From NCBI RefSeq assembly GCF_006345805.1, contig NC_043025.1, forward strand, positions 8,370,001 to 8,434,000: a stretch of DNA of 64,000 nucleotides. The letters are read 5' to 3'. The position numbers were made by a program, and so were the translations under genes. The notes under the pieces are model-generated. The model did no database searches. It was not told the DNA's origin and worked only from the letters and a program-made list of their open reading frames with translations. This document shows, one piece after another, positions 12,123-25,632 of this stretch (its first letter is position 1; every line of letters begins with the position of its first letter). This DNA is from Octopus sinensis (taxonomy: Eukaryota).

Positions 12123-13088
12123 TTAACCCTTTCGTTACTGCATTTATTTTGAGATGTTCTGGGTTTCTTTCAATCAATTTAAATATAACAAAGAATTTAA
12201 TAAAATAACTTAGTTATCATTCAGCTAGTGTTAGGAACATAAATTGTGATGAAGGTTTGGTGGAAGATTTTAATTCAAAACTTATGAAAACAAGACATTT
12301 GTACTACAGAGCTAGAGGTGGTTTCAGCTGGGTTGGTATCAAAAGGGTTAAAAATGTCATGGTGACTTTAACCCTTTTGTTACCGTATTTCTGTTGAGAT
12401 GTTCTGTGTTTCTTTCAATTAATTTTAAATATAACAAAGAATTTAGTAAAATAACTTAGTTATCATTAAGCTAGTGTTAGGAACATAAATTGTGACTGAG
12501 GTTTGGTGGAAGATTTTAATTCAAAACTTATGAAAACAAGACATTTGTACTACAGAGCCAGAGGTGGTTTCAGCTGGGTTGGTATCAAAATGGTTAAAAA
12601 TATCATGGTGACTTGAACCCTTTTGTTACCATATTTCTGTTGAGATGCTCTGTGTTTCTTTCAAATACTTTAAATATAACAAAGAACTTAGTAAAATAAC
12701 TTGGTTATGATTAAGATAGTGTTAGGAACATAAATTGTGACTAAGGTTTGGTGGAAGATTTTAATTCAAAACTTTTGAAAACAAGATATTTGTACTCAGA
12801 GCGAGAGGTGGTTTCAAAGCCGGGTTGGTAACGAAAGGGTTAAAAATATCATAGTGACTTTAACCCTTTTGTTACCATATTTCTTTTGAAATTTTCTGTG
12901 TTTCTTTCAATCAATTTAAATATAACAAAAAATTTAGTAAAATAACTTAGTTATCATTCAGCTAGTGTTAGGAACATAAATTGTGACTAAGGTTTGGTGG
13001 AAGATTTTAATTCAGAACTTAGGAAAAGAAGACATTTGTACTACAGAACCAGAGGTGGTTTCAGCCAGGTTGGTATCGAAAGGGTTAT
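12123..13088. mobile_element. Four tandem complete TTAA-flanked (piggyBac-type) MITEs, period 245-246 bp
   Basis: Each unit is TTAACCCTTT(C/T)GTTAC...GGTA(T/A)C(A/G)AAAGGGTTAA (some ends degenerate), separated by the same 16-bp spacer AAAT(G/A)TCAT(G/A)GTGACT. Confidence 0.85.
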
Positions 13089-13660
13089 AGAATCTTTGTC
13101 TTGCAAGTTACTTGGTGACCTTGCCAATGCTGGTGCCACATAAAAAGCATCCACTTCACACTATGAAGTGGTTGGCATTTGGAAAGGCATACATCTATAA
13201 AAACCATGGCAAAACAGACCTTACCAGTGCTGGTTCCATGTAAAAAGTTCCCAGTTTGCTTTGTAAAGGAGGGGGTGTTTAGGAAGGGTATCCAGCCATA
13301 AAAGAAGTGCCAAATCAGACCTTGGTGGTGATGGTGCCATGTAAAATGTACCCTGTCCATTCTGTTAAGTGATTGGTGTTAGGAAGGGCATCCAGTAATA
13401 AAAAAAAAGTCATACTGAAATAGACCTTGATGGTGCTGTTGTCATGTAAAAAGTACCCAGTTCACTCTGTGAAGTGGGTCATGTTAGGAAGGGCATCTAG
13501 CCATAGAAACCATGCCAATGCAGACATTAGAGCATGATGCAGTCCTTGAATCCTTTGGATCTTGTCAAACCACCCAAACACTACCAGCTTTGAATATGGA
13601 CAATAATGGCACTTGCTCTCTCTCTCTCCCTTTCTCTATATCTTTTTCTATATACATATA

Positions 13661-13831
13661 GGCGCAGGAGTGGCTGTGTGGTAAGTAGCTTGCTAACCAA
13701 CCACATGGTTCCGGGTTCAGTCCCACTGTGTGGCATCTTGGGCAAGTGTCTTCTGCTATAGCCCCGGGCCGACCAATGCCTTGTGAATGGATTTGGTAGA
13801 CGGAAACTGAAAGAAGCCTGTCGTATATATG

Positions 13832-13864
<33 letters not shown>

Positions 13865-14072
13865 ATGTTTGTGTGTCTGTGTTTGTCACCCTAGCATTGC
13901 TTGACAACCGATGCTGGTGTGTTTATGTCCCCCGTAACTTAGCAGTTCGGCAAAAGCGACCGATAGAATAAGTACTAGGCTTACAAAAGAATAAGTCCTG
14001 GGGTCGATTTGCTCGACTAAAGGCGGTGCTCCAGCATGGCCGCAGTCAAATGACTGAAACAAGTAACGGAGT
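13661..14072 (+). mobile_element. tRNA-head SINE family A, complete copy; other + copies at 23429-23826, 28582-28975, 35197-35600, 57816-58186, partial at 4060, 6358, 24592, 34278, 35959
   Basis: GGCGCAGGAGTGGCTGTGTGGTAAG (A-box-like) and GGTTCAGTCCC (B-box-like), internal (TA)n/(TG)n, 3' GACTGAAACAAGTAAAAGAG tail; more than 25 copies in the window. Confidence 0.9.
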
Positions 14073-14432
14073 AATCTTTCGCTTGTTTCAGTCGTTAGAC
14101 TGTGCCCATGCTGGAGCACCACCTTGAAGAATTTTTTAGACAAATCGACCCCCTTGTAGATATTTTTTTTTAAAAGCCAGGTACTTATTCTATCAGTATC
14201 TCTTCCCAAACTGTTAAGTTATGGGTTGCAAACATACCAACACTGTGTCGAGTAGTGTGGGGGGGGGGGGTAACAAACACAGGCAAAAACACACAAACAT
14301 ATACATACAATGGGCTTCTTTCAGTTTCCATCTACCAAATCCACTCACATGGCTTTGGTCACCTAAAGAATCGTGCAGTGGGACTGAACCTAGAACCATG
14401 TGGTTCGTAAGCAGACTTCTTACCACACATCT

Positions 14433-14836
14433 CTCTTTACTCTTTTACTTGTTTCAGTCACTTGACTGCGGCCATGCTGGAGCACCGCCTTTAGTCAAGG
14501 AACTCAACCCCAGGACTTATTCTTTGTAAGCCCAGTACTTATTCTATCGTTCTCTTTTGCCGAACCACTAAGTAACGGGGACATAAACACACCAGCATCG
14601 GTTGTCGAGCAATGCTAGGGGGACAAACACAGACACACAAACACACACACACACATATATATATACATATATACGACAGGCTTCTTTCAGTTTCCGTCTA
14701 CCAAATCCACTCACAAGGATTTGGTCGGCCCAAGGCTATAGTAGAAGACACCTGCCCAAGGTGCCACGCAGTGGGACTGAACCCGGAACCATGTGGTTGG
14801 TAAACAAGCTACTTACCACACAGCCACTCCTGCGCC
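14433..14836 (-). mobile_element. SINE family A, complete minus copy; others at 8030-8412, 10175-10610, 11555-11915, 15539-15940, 25772-26201, 32778-33391, 36126-36521, 46320-46915, 55816-56232
   Basis: Reverse complement of the family A consensus. Confidence 0.9.
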
Positions 14837-16030
14837 TCCTTCTTACCATACATCCTTTTTTTTTTTTTTGCTGGCATAGTGTATCTAGGACTACATAACC
14901 CTTTCGTTTTATGACAAAGAGAGAGTGTCATTTGAGGGAGATGTAGCTGCTATTTCTAGCAGACTGTCACAGTCCTAAAAAAAACCCAAAGATGTGGAAG
15001 CAGCCACAGATATAACTCTCTACAAGCTGCTGTGTGTCGAGGTAGACATGCGACATGCGCTGGGGTACCTATATCAAATATCTGGCCTAAAAAATACCCA
15101 GACACAGCTGTAAACACTCACCCCACCTACTTACCACTAATGTAAACAATCTCTTTCTCTCTTCCTCACCCTCTCTCTTTGTTCTCTGCCTATCTAGTCC
15201 TCCCCCGTTTTCTCTCTCATATAACTACACTTTTTCTCTCTATCCCATTTCATTTTTCCGTCCTCCTCCCACTATTTCTTCAATTCACCTCCCACTCACT
15301 CATTACTACTGCCTCTCCCCTTCATTGCTGGTTCTCTTTCTGCTGTCTGTTGCTCTTCCCCCATTCCCCCTCTCTATATCACCCCTCCACCTTCTCTTCA
15401 CTTCTCTGCTGTCCTCATCTCTCTTTCCCCCCCTCTCATTCAATAACTTACTTCTTCCTCCTTTTCACATTTTTTTTTGTCTGATGGCTTTTCCTCCTCT
15501 AGCCTTCTCTCTACATTCACTGTGTGGACGTGTGTATACTCTTTTACTTGTTTCAGTCATTTGACTGCGGCCATGCTGGAGCACCGCCTTTAGTCGAGCA
15601 ACTCGACCCCGGGACTTATTCTTTTGTAAGCCCAGTACTTATTCTATCAGTCGCTTTGCCGAACCGCTAAGTGACGGGGACGTAAACACACCAGCATCGG
15701 TTGTCAGGCAATGCTAGGGGGACAAATACAGACACACAAACATACACACACACACACATATATATATACATATATACGACGGGCTTCTTTCAGTTCCCCC
15801 TCTACCAAATCCACTCACAAGGCTTTGGTCGGCCCGAGGCTATAGTAGAAGACACTTGCCCAAGGTGCCACACAGTGGGACTGAACCCGGAACCATGTGG
15901 TTGGTAAACAAGCTACTTACCACACAGCCACTCCTGCGTCTATATATATATATATGTAGTATGTATGTGTATATATATATATGTATGTGTATATATATAT
16001 ATGTATGTATGTGTGTATATATATATATAT

Positions 16031-16068
<38 letters not shown>

Positions 16069-16295
16069 CGTATGTGTGTATGTATATAATATGTATGTCC
16101 GAACTCAAGACACCATGATAGATCGTTAGCTCCTACACGCATTTTTTTCTCTCCTTGTTTTTATTTCTGTGTATCTTTCTGTCGAAGAGGTAGGCTCGAA
16201 ATGTAAATGACTTTTTCTATTCCTGAGCGCTATACTAATACATTTGTTTGTACTCCACCTGCCTTCGTCTTTTGTTTATTTTCGTAAACTTTCCC

Positions 16296-17501
16296 TATGT
16301 ATGTATGTGTATATGTATGTATGTATGTGTATGTATATATATATGTATGTGTATGTATATATATATATATGTGTATGTATATATATATATGTGTATGTAT
16401 ATATATGTATGGTATGTGTATATATATGATGGTATGTATATATATATATGTATGTATGTGTATATATATATTATGATGTATGTGTATATATATATATGTT
16501 GTATGTGTATATATATATATGTATGTATGGTATATATATATATGTATGTATGTGTATATATATGTATGTATGTGTATATATCTATGTATGTGTATATATA
16601 ATATTATGTATGTGTATGTATGTATGTATGTGTGTATATATATATATGTATGTATGTGTATGTATGTATGTATGTGTATGTATGTATGTATGTGTATATA
16701 TCTATGTATGTATGTGTATATATATACATGTATGTATGTATGTGTATATATATATATGTATGTATGTATGTGTATATATATATATGTATGTATGTATGTG
16801 TATATATATATATGTATGTATGTGTATATATATATGTATGTATGTATGTGTATATATATATGTATGTATGTATGTATGTGTATATATATATGTATGTGTG
16901 TATATATATATGTATGTATGTGTGTATATATATATGTATGTATGTATGTGTATATATATATGTATGTATGTATGTGTATATATATATGTATGTATGTATG
17001 TGTATATATATATATGTATGTATGTATGTGTATATATATATATGTATGTATGTATGTGTATATATATGTATGTATGTGTATATATATGTATGTATGTGTA
17101 TATATATGTATGTATGTGTATATATATATATATGTATGTATGTGTATATATATATATATATGTATGTATGTATATATATGTATGTATGTGTATATATATA
17201 TATATGTATGTATGTGTATATATATATATGTATGTATGTGTATATATATATATGTATGTATGTGTATATATATATATATATGTATGTGTATATATATATG
17301 TATGTATGTGTATATATATATATGTATGTATGTGTATATATATATGTATGTATGTGTATATATATATATATATGTATGTGTATATATATATGTATGTATG
17401 TGTATTATATATATGTATGTATGTGTATATATATATGTATGTATGTGTATATATATATGTATGTATGTGTATATATATATGTATGTATGTGTATATATAT
17501 A

Positions 17502-17532
<31 letters not shown>

Positions 17533-20128
17533 GTATGTGTATATATAATATGTATGTATGTATGTGTATATATATATATGTATATGTATGATGTTATATA
17601 TATATATGTATGTAGTATGTGTATTATATATTATGTATGTATGTATGTGTATATATATGTATGTATGTAGTGTATATATATGTATGTATGTATGTGATAT
17701 ATATGTTGTATGTATGTGTATATATATATATATGTATGTGTTATATATATATGTATGTATGTATGTGTATATATATATGTATGTATGTATGGTATATATA
17801 TATATATATGTTGTGTATATATATATAGTATGTATGTATGTGTATATATATAATATATGTATGTATGTATATGTGTATAATATATATGATGTATATATGT
17901 GTATATGTAGTATGTATGTGTATATGTATGTATGTATGTGTATATGTATGTATGTATGTGCTATATATGTATGTATGTGTATGTATGTGTATATATATAT
18001 ATGTATGTATGTGTATATGTATGTATGTATGTATGTGTATATATATATATATGTATGTATGTATGTATGTGTATATATATATGTATGTATGTATGTATGT
18101 GTATATATATATGTATGTATGTATGTATGTGTATATATATATGTATGTATGTATGTATGTGTATATATATATATGTATGTATGTATGTATGTGTATATAT
18201 ATATATGTATGTATGTATGTATGTGTATATATATATGTATGTATGTATGTGTATATATATATGTATGTATGTATGTGTATATATATGTATGTATGTATGT
18301 ATGTGTACATATATATATGTATGTATGTGTATATATATATATGTATGTATGTATGTGTACATATATGTATGTATGTATGTATGTATGTGTACATATATAT
18401 ATGTATGTATGTGTATATATATATATGTATGTATGTATGTGTACATATATGTATGTATGTATGTATGTGTACATATATATATGTATGTATGTATGTGTAT
18501 ATGTATGTATGTGTATATGTATGTATGTATATATGTATGTATGTATGTATGTGTACATATATATATGTATGTATGTATGTGTATATATATATATATATGT
18601 ATGTATGTATGTGTATATATATATATATGTATGTATGTATGTGTATATATATGTATGTATGTGTATATATATGTATGTATGTGTATATATATGTATGTAT
18701 GTGTGTGTATATATATATATGTATGTATGTGTATATATATGTATGTATGTGTATATATATGTATGTATGTGTATGTATATATATATGTATGTATGTATTA
18801 TTTGTGTATTATATATATATATGTTGTATGTATGTATGTGTATATATATATATGTATGTATGTGTATATATATATATATGTATGTATGTGTATATTATAA
18901 TATAGGTATGATGTGTATATATTATATATGTATGTATGTATGGTATATATATATATATGTATGTATGTATGTGTTATATATATATATTATATGTATGTAT
19001 GTTGTATATAATATGTATGTATGTATGTGTATATATATATATGTATGTATGTATGTGTATATATATATGTATGTATGATGTGTATTAATATATGTAGTAT
19101 GTATGTGTATATATATATAGTATGTATGTATATGTGTATATAATATGTATGTATGTAGTATGTGTATATATATATATGTATGTATGTATGTTATATATAT
19201 ATGTATGTATGTATGTGTATATATATATATGTATGTATGTATGTGTATATATATATATGTATGTATGTGTATAATATATGTATGTATGTGTATATATATA
19301 TAGTATGTATGTATGTATATATATATATATGTATGTATGTATGTATATATATATGTATGTGTATGTATATATATATATGTAGTATGTTGTATATTATAAT
19401 ATATGTATGTATGTTGTATATATATATATGTATGTATGTATGTGTATATAGATATATGTATGTATGTATGTGTATATATATAGTATGTATGTATGTGTAT
19501 ATATATAGTATGTATGTATGTGTATTATATATTATGTATATGTATGTGTATATATATATGTATGTATGTGTATATATATATATGTATGTGTATATATATA
19601 TGTATGTATGTATGTGTGTATATATATATATGTATGTATGTGTATATATATATATATGTATGTGTATATATATATATGTATGTATGTATGTGTATATATA
19701 TATATATGTGTATGTATGTATGTGTATATATATATATAATATGTATGTATGTATGTATGTGTATATATATATATATATGTATGTATGTATGTGTATATAT
19801 ATATATATGTATGTATGTATGTATGTGTATATATATATATATGTATGTATGTGTATATATATATATGTATGTATGTGTATATATATATATATGTATGGTT
19901 ATATATATATATATGTATGTGTAATATATAATGTATGTATGTATGTGTATATATATATATGTATGTGTGTATATATATATATATGTATGTGTATATTTCT
20001 ATATATGTATGTATGTATGTGTGTATATATATATATGTATGTATGTGTATATATATATATATGTATGTATATATATTATGTATGTATGTATGTGTATATA
20101 TATATATATGTATGTATGTATGTATGTG

Positions 20129-20161
<33 letters not shown>

Positions 20162-20803
20162 GTATGTGTATATATATATATATGTATGTATGTATGTATG
20201 TGTATATATATATATATATGTATGTATGTATGTATGTGTATATATATATATGTATGTATGTATGTATGTGTATATATATATATATGTATGTGTATATATA
20301 TATATGTATGTATGTATGTGTATATATATATATATGTATGTATTATGTGTATATATATATATATGTATGTATGTATGTATGTTGTATATATATATATGTA
20401 TGTATGTATGTGTATATATATATGTATGTATGTATGTTTATTATATTATGTATGTATGTATGTGTATATATATGTATGTATGTATGTGTATATATATATG
20501 TATGTATGTATGTGTATATATATATGTATGTATGTATGTGTATTAATATGTATGTATGTATGTATGTGTAATATATATATGTATGATGTATGTATGTGTA
20601 TATATATATATGTATGTAGTGATATATATAGGTATGTATGTATGTATGTGTATATATATATGTATGTATGTGTATATATATATGTATGTATGTATATATA
20701 TATGTATATATGTATGTGTTATATATGTATATATGTATGTGTATATATATATATGTATATATGTATGTGATATATATATATGTATGTATGTATGTGTATA
20801 TAC
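16296..20803. repeat. 4.5-kb compound (TA)n/(TATG)n/TG microsatellite
   Basis: Continuous TATGTATGTGTATATATA-type units; source of the YVCM/YIHT ORFs. Confidence 0.97.
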
Positions 20804-21021
20804 TTAAACTTAAACGACATGCAAAGGTACATGAAGCCCAGTTACAACTACAGCCGGCTTTTTACCGCTAAAGGTTTTCGTTGCCAATTTTGTACAAGAC
20901 ATTGTAGATCTTTAGCTGGGCTAAAAAGTCACATTCGATCACAGCTCCAGTAACAGTTAAGCTTCCTGCAATGGCCATACTCGATAACGAGGGGGCAGCC
21001 ATAATGGGTATATATATATAG

Positions 21022-22000
21022 ACTTGAAAGAAATGAAGCTAACATGATCTGCTGGTCGTGTAATGTCAGTGTGCACGCACGACAGAGTGTAAGCACCCTG
21101 AGAGAAATGCTGGACATAAGAAGCATCAGATATGGTGTGCAAGAGAGACGCTTGCGATGGTATGGTCATGTACTGCGGATGGATGAGGAGAGATGTGTGA
21201 AGAAGTGTCGCTCCCAAACAGTTGAAGGTATCAGGGGGAGAGGTAGACCCAGGAAGACATGGGATGAGGTAGTCAAGCATGACCTCCAAGTGTTGGGCCT
21301 CACAGAGGCAATGACGAAGGACTGAGATCTCTGGAGATATGCTGTGACTGCAAAGACCCGGGCTGCTTCCTGCACCAGTTTCACATAGCCCCAGCCCATT
21401 CAAAGTACCTTGGATTGTAGAGTGACCTGCTGTGCTTGAGGAGACCTATTGAGTCAAGTACGTCAATATAAATATCAAATGGAAATTGTAGTTACAACAC
21501 CTCTGCCGGTGGAACGTAAAATGCACCAGCCAAACGTGGCCGATGCCAGCGCTGCCTTGACTGGCTTCTGTGCTGGTGGCACATGACCTGCTGTGCTTGA
21601 GGAGACCTATTGAGTCAAGTACATAAACATTGAAATAAATATCAATTGGAAATAGTAGTTGTGCTACCTGTGCTGGTGGCACGTAAAAAGTACCATCCAA
21701 ACGTGGCCAAAGCACCATCCGAACGTGGCCAATGCCAGCACCACCTTGACTAGCTTCTGTGTCAGTGGCACGTAAAAAGCACCAACGATTGTGGCCGATG
21801 CCAGCCTCCTCTGGCACCTGTGCCGGTGGCACGTAAAAAGCACCCACTACACTTACGGAGTGGTTGGCGTTAGGAAAGGCATCCAGCCGTAGAAACACTG
21901 CCAGATAAGACCGGAGCCTGGTGCAGCCTCCTGGCTTCCCAGACCCCGGTCGAACCGCCCAACCCGTGCTAGCAGGGAAAACGGACGTTAAACGATGATG
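21022..22000 (+). mobile_element. 5'-truncated RTE-clade LINE: ORF2 C-terminus, 3'UTR with ~59-bp internal repeats, (GAT)n tail
   Basis: [22 protein letters not shown]...[17 protein letters not shown] is the RTE C-terminal signature; it is followed by GTGC(C/T)GGTGGCAC repeats and AGGAA(G/A)GGCATCCAG...GACGTTAAACGATGATG. Confidence 0.9.
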
Positions 22001-22219
22001 CTGAATATATTTTGTGCAATTTTATTTAGTATTTCTAAATTGAGTTTTTCCCTGTAAGTTTGGAATAATATTCTCTCATATTATATATATTATATATATA
22101 TATATATATATTTACACACATATAAATTTAAGTCCCAATATATGGATTCAAGTAATCACAGAAAAAGCTCCTTAATATATCATTCTACAAAACATATAGA
22201 ATATATTGCCTTTTTACAA

Positions 22220-22593
22220 TCTCTCTCTATATATAAACGGCAGTTTGTCTGTGTGTGTTTCTGTGTGTCTGTTAGCTTGTACCCTCACCCTGACCACGGC
22301 TTTCAACCGATTCTGATGAAACTTGACACACACATAGCCCAATGTCATAATTCAAAACTAACGCAGCAAAAATTTTGAAAAGTTCCCCCAGTTCTGAAAA
22401 AAATCGATAAATTCGACATGGGGTCGAGAATCAGAAACACAAACCACAGACTGTCTAGGGGACGCAACTCAACCTTTTTAACTAAAAAAAAAATTTACCA
22501 TCATTTTTTTTCCATTTTTTGGCTATAACTCTCTAAAAATGCTTTATAGTTATTTCCCTTACAAACCTGAGCAACGCCGGGCCACACTGCTAG
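22220..22593 (+). mobile_element. Non-autonomous Helitron
   Basis: Starts TC(TCTCTCTATATATA) after an A; ends with subterminal hairpin CCTGAGCAACGCCGGG and terminal CTAG (22590-22593) before a T; no TSD. Confidence 0.8.
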
Positions 22594-23960
22594 TATTTCA
22601 TAATTAGACTTCAACCCTTTAGAATTTAAACTGGCCACATCTGCCCCAAAATATTCTACCAGTTCTATTTTGAAACTGACCTGGTCTGGCCTCCTACATC
22701 TAACAGACAATGTCCTTTGAAACATAACAATCACAAGATTTTGATGCCGTGATGGAATTAGTCTTTTAGTCTTTTACTTGTTTCAGTCATTTGACTGCGG
22801 CCATGCTGGAGCACCACCTTTAATCGAGCAACTTGACCCTGGGACTTATTCTTTGTAAGCCCAGTACTTATTCTATCGGTCTCTTTTACCGAACCGCTGT
22901 GTTTACTCTTTTACTTGTTTCAGTCATTTGACTGCGGCCATGCTGGAGCATCGCCTTTAATCGAGCAACTTGACCCTGGGACTTATTCTTTGTAAGCCCA
23001 GTACTTATTCTATCGGTCTCTTGTTGCCGAACCGCAAAGTGACGGGGACGTAAACACACCAGCATCGGTTGTCAAGCAATGCTAGGGGGACAAAAACCAG
23101 ACACACAAACACACACGAGAGGCACATTGGGTAAGTGTCTTCTGCTATAGCCTCATGCCAACCAAAGCCTTGTGAGTGTATTTGGTAGACGGAAACTGAA
23201 AGAAACCTGTGTGTGTGTGTATACATATTTGTGTCGGTTTGTCCCCCACCATCGCTTGACAACCTGTGTTCATGTCTCTGTAACTTAGCAGTTTAGCAAA
23301 AGAGACCAATAGAATAAATACAAAGCTTAAAAAATAAAAAGTACTGGCGTCGATGCATTCAACTAAAATTCTTCAAGGCAGTGCCCCAGTATGGCCACAG
23401 CCTAATAACTGAAGCAAATAAAAAGAAAGGCGCAGGAGTGGCTGTGTGGTAAGTAGCTTGCTAACCAACCACATGGTTCTGGGTTCAGTCCCACTGCGTG
23501 GCACCTTGGGCAAGTGTCTTCTACTATAGCCCCGAGCCCACCAAAGCCTTGTGAGTGGATTTGGTAGACGGAAACTGAAAGAAGCCTGTCGTATATGTGT
23601 GTGTATATATATATATATATATATGCGTGGGTGTGTTTGTGTGTCTGTGCTTGACAACCGATGCTGGTGTGTTTATGTCCCCGTTACTTAGCGGTTCGGC
23701 AAAAGAGACCGATAGAATAAGTACTGGGCTTACAAAGAATAAGTCCCGGGGTCGATTTGCTCGACTAAAGGCGGTGCTCCAGCATGGCCGCAGTCAAATG
23801 ACTGAAACAAGTAAAAGAGAGTAAAGACAGTATAAAACACGAATAGTATTCTAACAATCAAAGTTGCATATGTGTGTGTGACCCTTACACTACCATATAT
23901 GGTAGTTCTTTGTATTATCTCCCTTGTTTGATAATAAAATTCCTTTACCTTTTATTTCAG

Positions 23961-23981
23961 ATACGGATGAACAAGTGATGG
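23961..23981 (+). CDS. PORCN: Candidate 21-nt PORCN micro-exon (xTDEQVM, in frame with D-M-D-M-E of the next exon)
   Basis: ccttttatttcag|ATACGGATGAACAAGTGATGG|gtgagt: strong acceptor and donor in a non-repeat island. Splicing to 35677 gives ACG GAT GAA CAA GTG ATG GAT ATG GAC ATG with no stop. No transcript evidence. Confidence 0.55.
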
Positions 23982-24042
23982 GTGAGTCTGTCATTTTTTT
24001 TATTCACTTCAGTATATAGTTCATTACTTTCACCAGCATGTT

Positions 24043-24390
24043 GGGAGTCCTGGCTCAGTGGTTAGAGCGTCGAGCTTACGATCGTGAGGTTGTGAGCTCG
24101 AATCCCGGACCGGGCTGCGTGTTGTGTTCTCGAGCAAGGCACTTTATTTCACGTTGCTCCAGTTCACTCAGCTGTAGAAATGAGTTGCGACGTCACAGGT
24201 GCCAAGCTGTATCGGCCCCTTTGCCTTTCCCTTGGATAACACTGGTGGCGTGGAGAGGGGAGGCTGGTATGCATGGGCGACTGCTGGTCTTCCATAAACA
24301 ACCTTGCCCGGACTTGTGTCTAGGAGGGTAACTTTCTAGGTGCAATCCCATGGTCATTCATGACCAAAGGGGGTCTTTACCCTTTACTTT
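24043..24390 (+). mobile_element. tRNA-head SINE family B; other copies at 4815-5555 (interrupted), 26265-26540, 49513-49720, 58403-59165 (interrupted)
   Basis: TGGCTCAGTGGTTAGAGCG...GAGCTCGAATCCC tRNA-like head, then TTGTGTTCT(C/T)GAGCAAG central domain and a shared 3' part. Confidence 0.87.
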
Positions 24391-24425
24391 CACCAATGAT
24401 AGGCAAGTTTAAAGTAGTAACATCA

Positions 24426-24731
24426 ACCCTTTAGCATTTACCAACCATATGGTTCCGGGTTCAGTCCCACTGCATGGCACTTTGGGCAAGTGTCTTCTAC
24501 TATAGCCCCAGGCCGACCAAAGCCTTGTGAGTGGATTTGGTAGACGGAAAATGAAAGAACCCCATCGTATATATATATATATATATATATAGGCGCAGGA
24601 GTGGCTGTGTGGTAAGTAGCTTGCTTACAAACCACATGTTTCTGGGTTCAGTGAGTGGATTTGGTAGACGGAAACTGAAAGAAGCCTGTCGTATATATGA
24701 TATATATATATATATATAATATATATATATA

Positions 24732-24770
<39 letters not shown>

Positions 24771-25632
24771 GTGTGTGTGTGTGAGTTTGTGTGTCTGTAT
24801 TTGTCCCCCCAACATCGCTTGACAATCGATGCTGGTGTGTTTGCGTCCTCGTAACTTAGCGGTTCGGCAAAAGAGACCGATAGAATAAGTATTAGGCTTC
24901 CAAAGAATAAGTCCTGGAGTCAATTTGCTTGACTAAAGACGTTGCTCCAGCATGGCCACAGTCAGATGATTGAAACAAGTAAAAGTAAAGTAAAATAAGT
25001 AAAGATCTGACCCAAATATTCTTCCAGTTTTCTGTTTAAACCCACCAGCTTTGTCCTCTCACACGGCCCCTGCAATGTCATTCTAAAAGCAGTCCCATCA
25101 TCTAAATCTCAAAGCTATGAGATAATGCATGATTCATTCAAAACAAGGCCAGATCCAGCCTCTCACACCTACCCTACAATGTCATTCTAAAAATAAACAA
25201 TCACATCATTGAAATCTCAAAGCTATGAGATAATGCATGATTAATTCAAAACAAGGCCAGATCCAGCCTCTCACACCTACCCTACAATGTCATTCTAAAA
25301 ATAAACAATCACATCACTGAAATCTCAAAGATATGAGATTATGCATGATTCATTCAAAACAAGGCCAGATCCAGCCTCTCACACCTACCCTACAATGTCA
25401 TTCTAAAAATAAACAATCACATCATCGAAATCTCAAAGCTATGAGATAATGCATGATTCATTCAAAACAAAGCCAGATCCAGCCTCTCACACCTACCCTA
25501 CAATGTCATTCTAAAAATAAACAATCACATCATGGAAATCTCAAAGCTATGAGATAATGCATGATTAATTCAAAAGAATCTGGATAAATAAGCATTACAT
25601 TTGACAGAAGAATCTGAATGCTAAGGGGTTAA
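24426..25632. mobile_element. TTAA-type MITE (second family) interrupted by SINE A copies, with an internal 108-bp tandem amplification
   Basis: Ends ACCCTTTAGCATT (24426) and AATGCTAAGGGGTTAA (25617-25632); internal units start at 25077, 25181, 25289, 25397 and 25505. Related copies at 4634-5594 and about 54375-54470. Confidence 0.75.

Noticed and set aside
15080-15115. GACACAGCTGTA resembling a hammerhead GAAAC-AGCT-GUA half
   Set aside because: GAAA is mutated, and no CUGANGA box or stem II can be found upstream.
16244-20871. Long ORFs (up to 618 aa) of Y/V/C/M/I or Y/T/H/I
   Set aside because: Translations of TA/TG/TATG microsatellite, open in several frames on both strands; the same applies to 30035-32343 and 39380-43631.
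24043-24115. tRNA gene-like sequences (also the heads at 13661, 37050-37121 and 49513)
   Set aside because: They have A/B boxes but continue into SINE bodies, lack a full cloverleaf and occur as many diverged copies.
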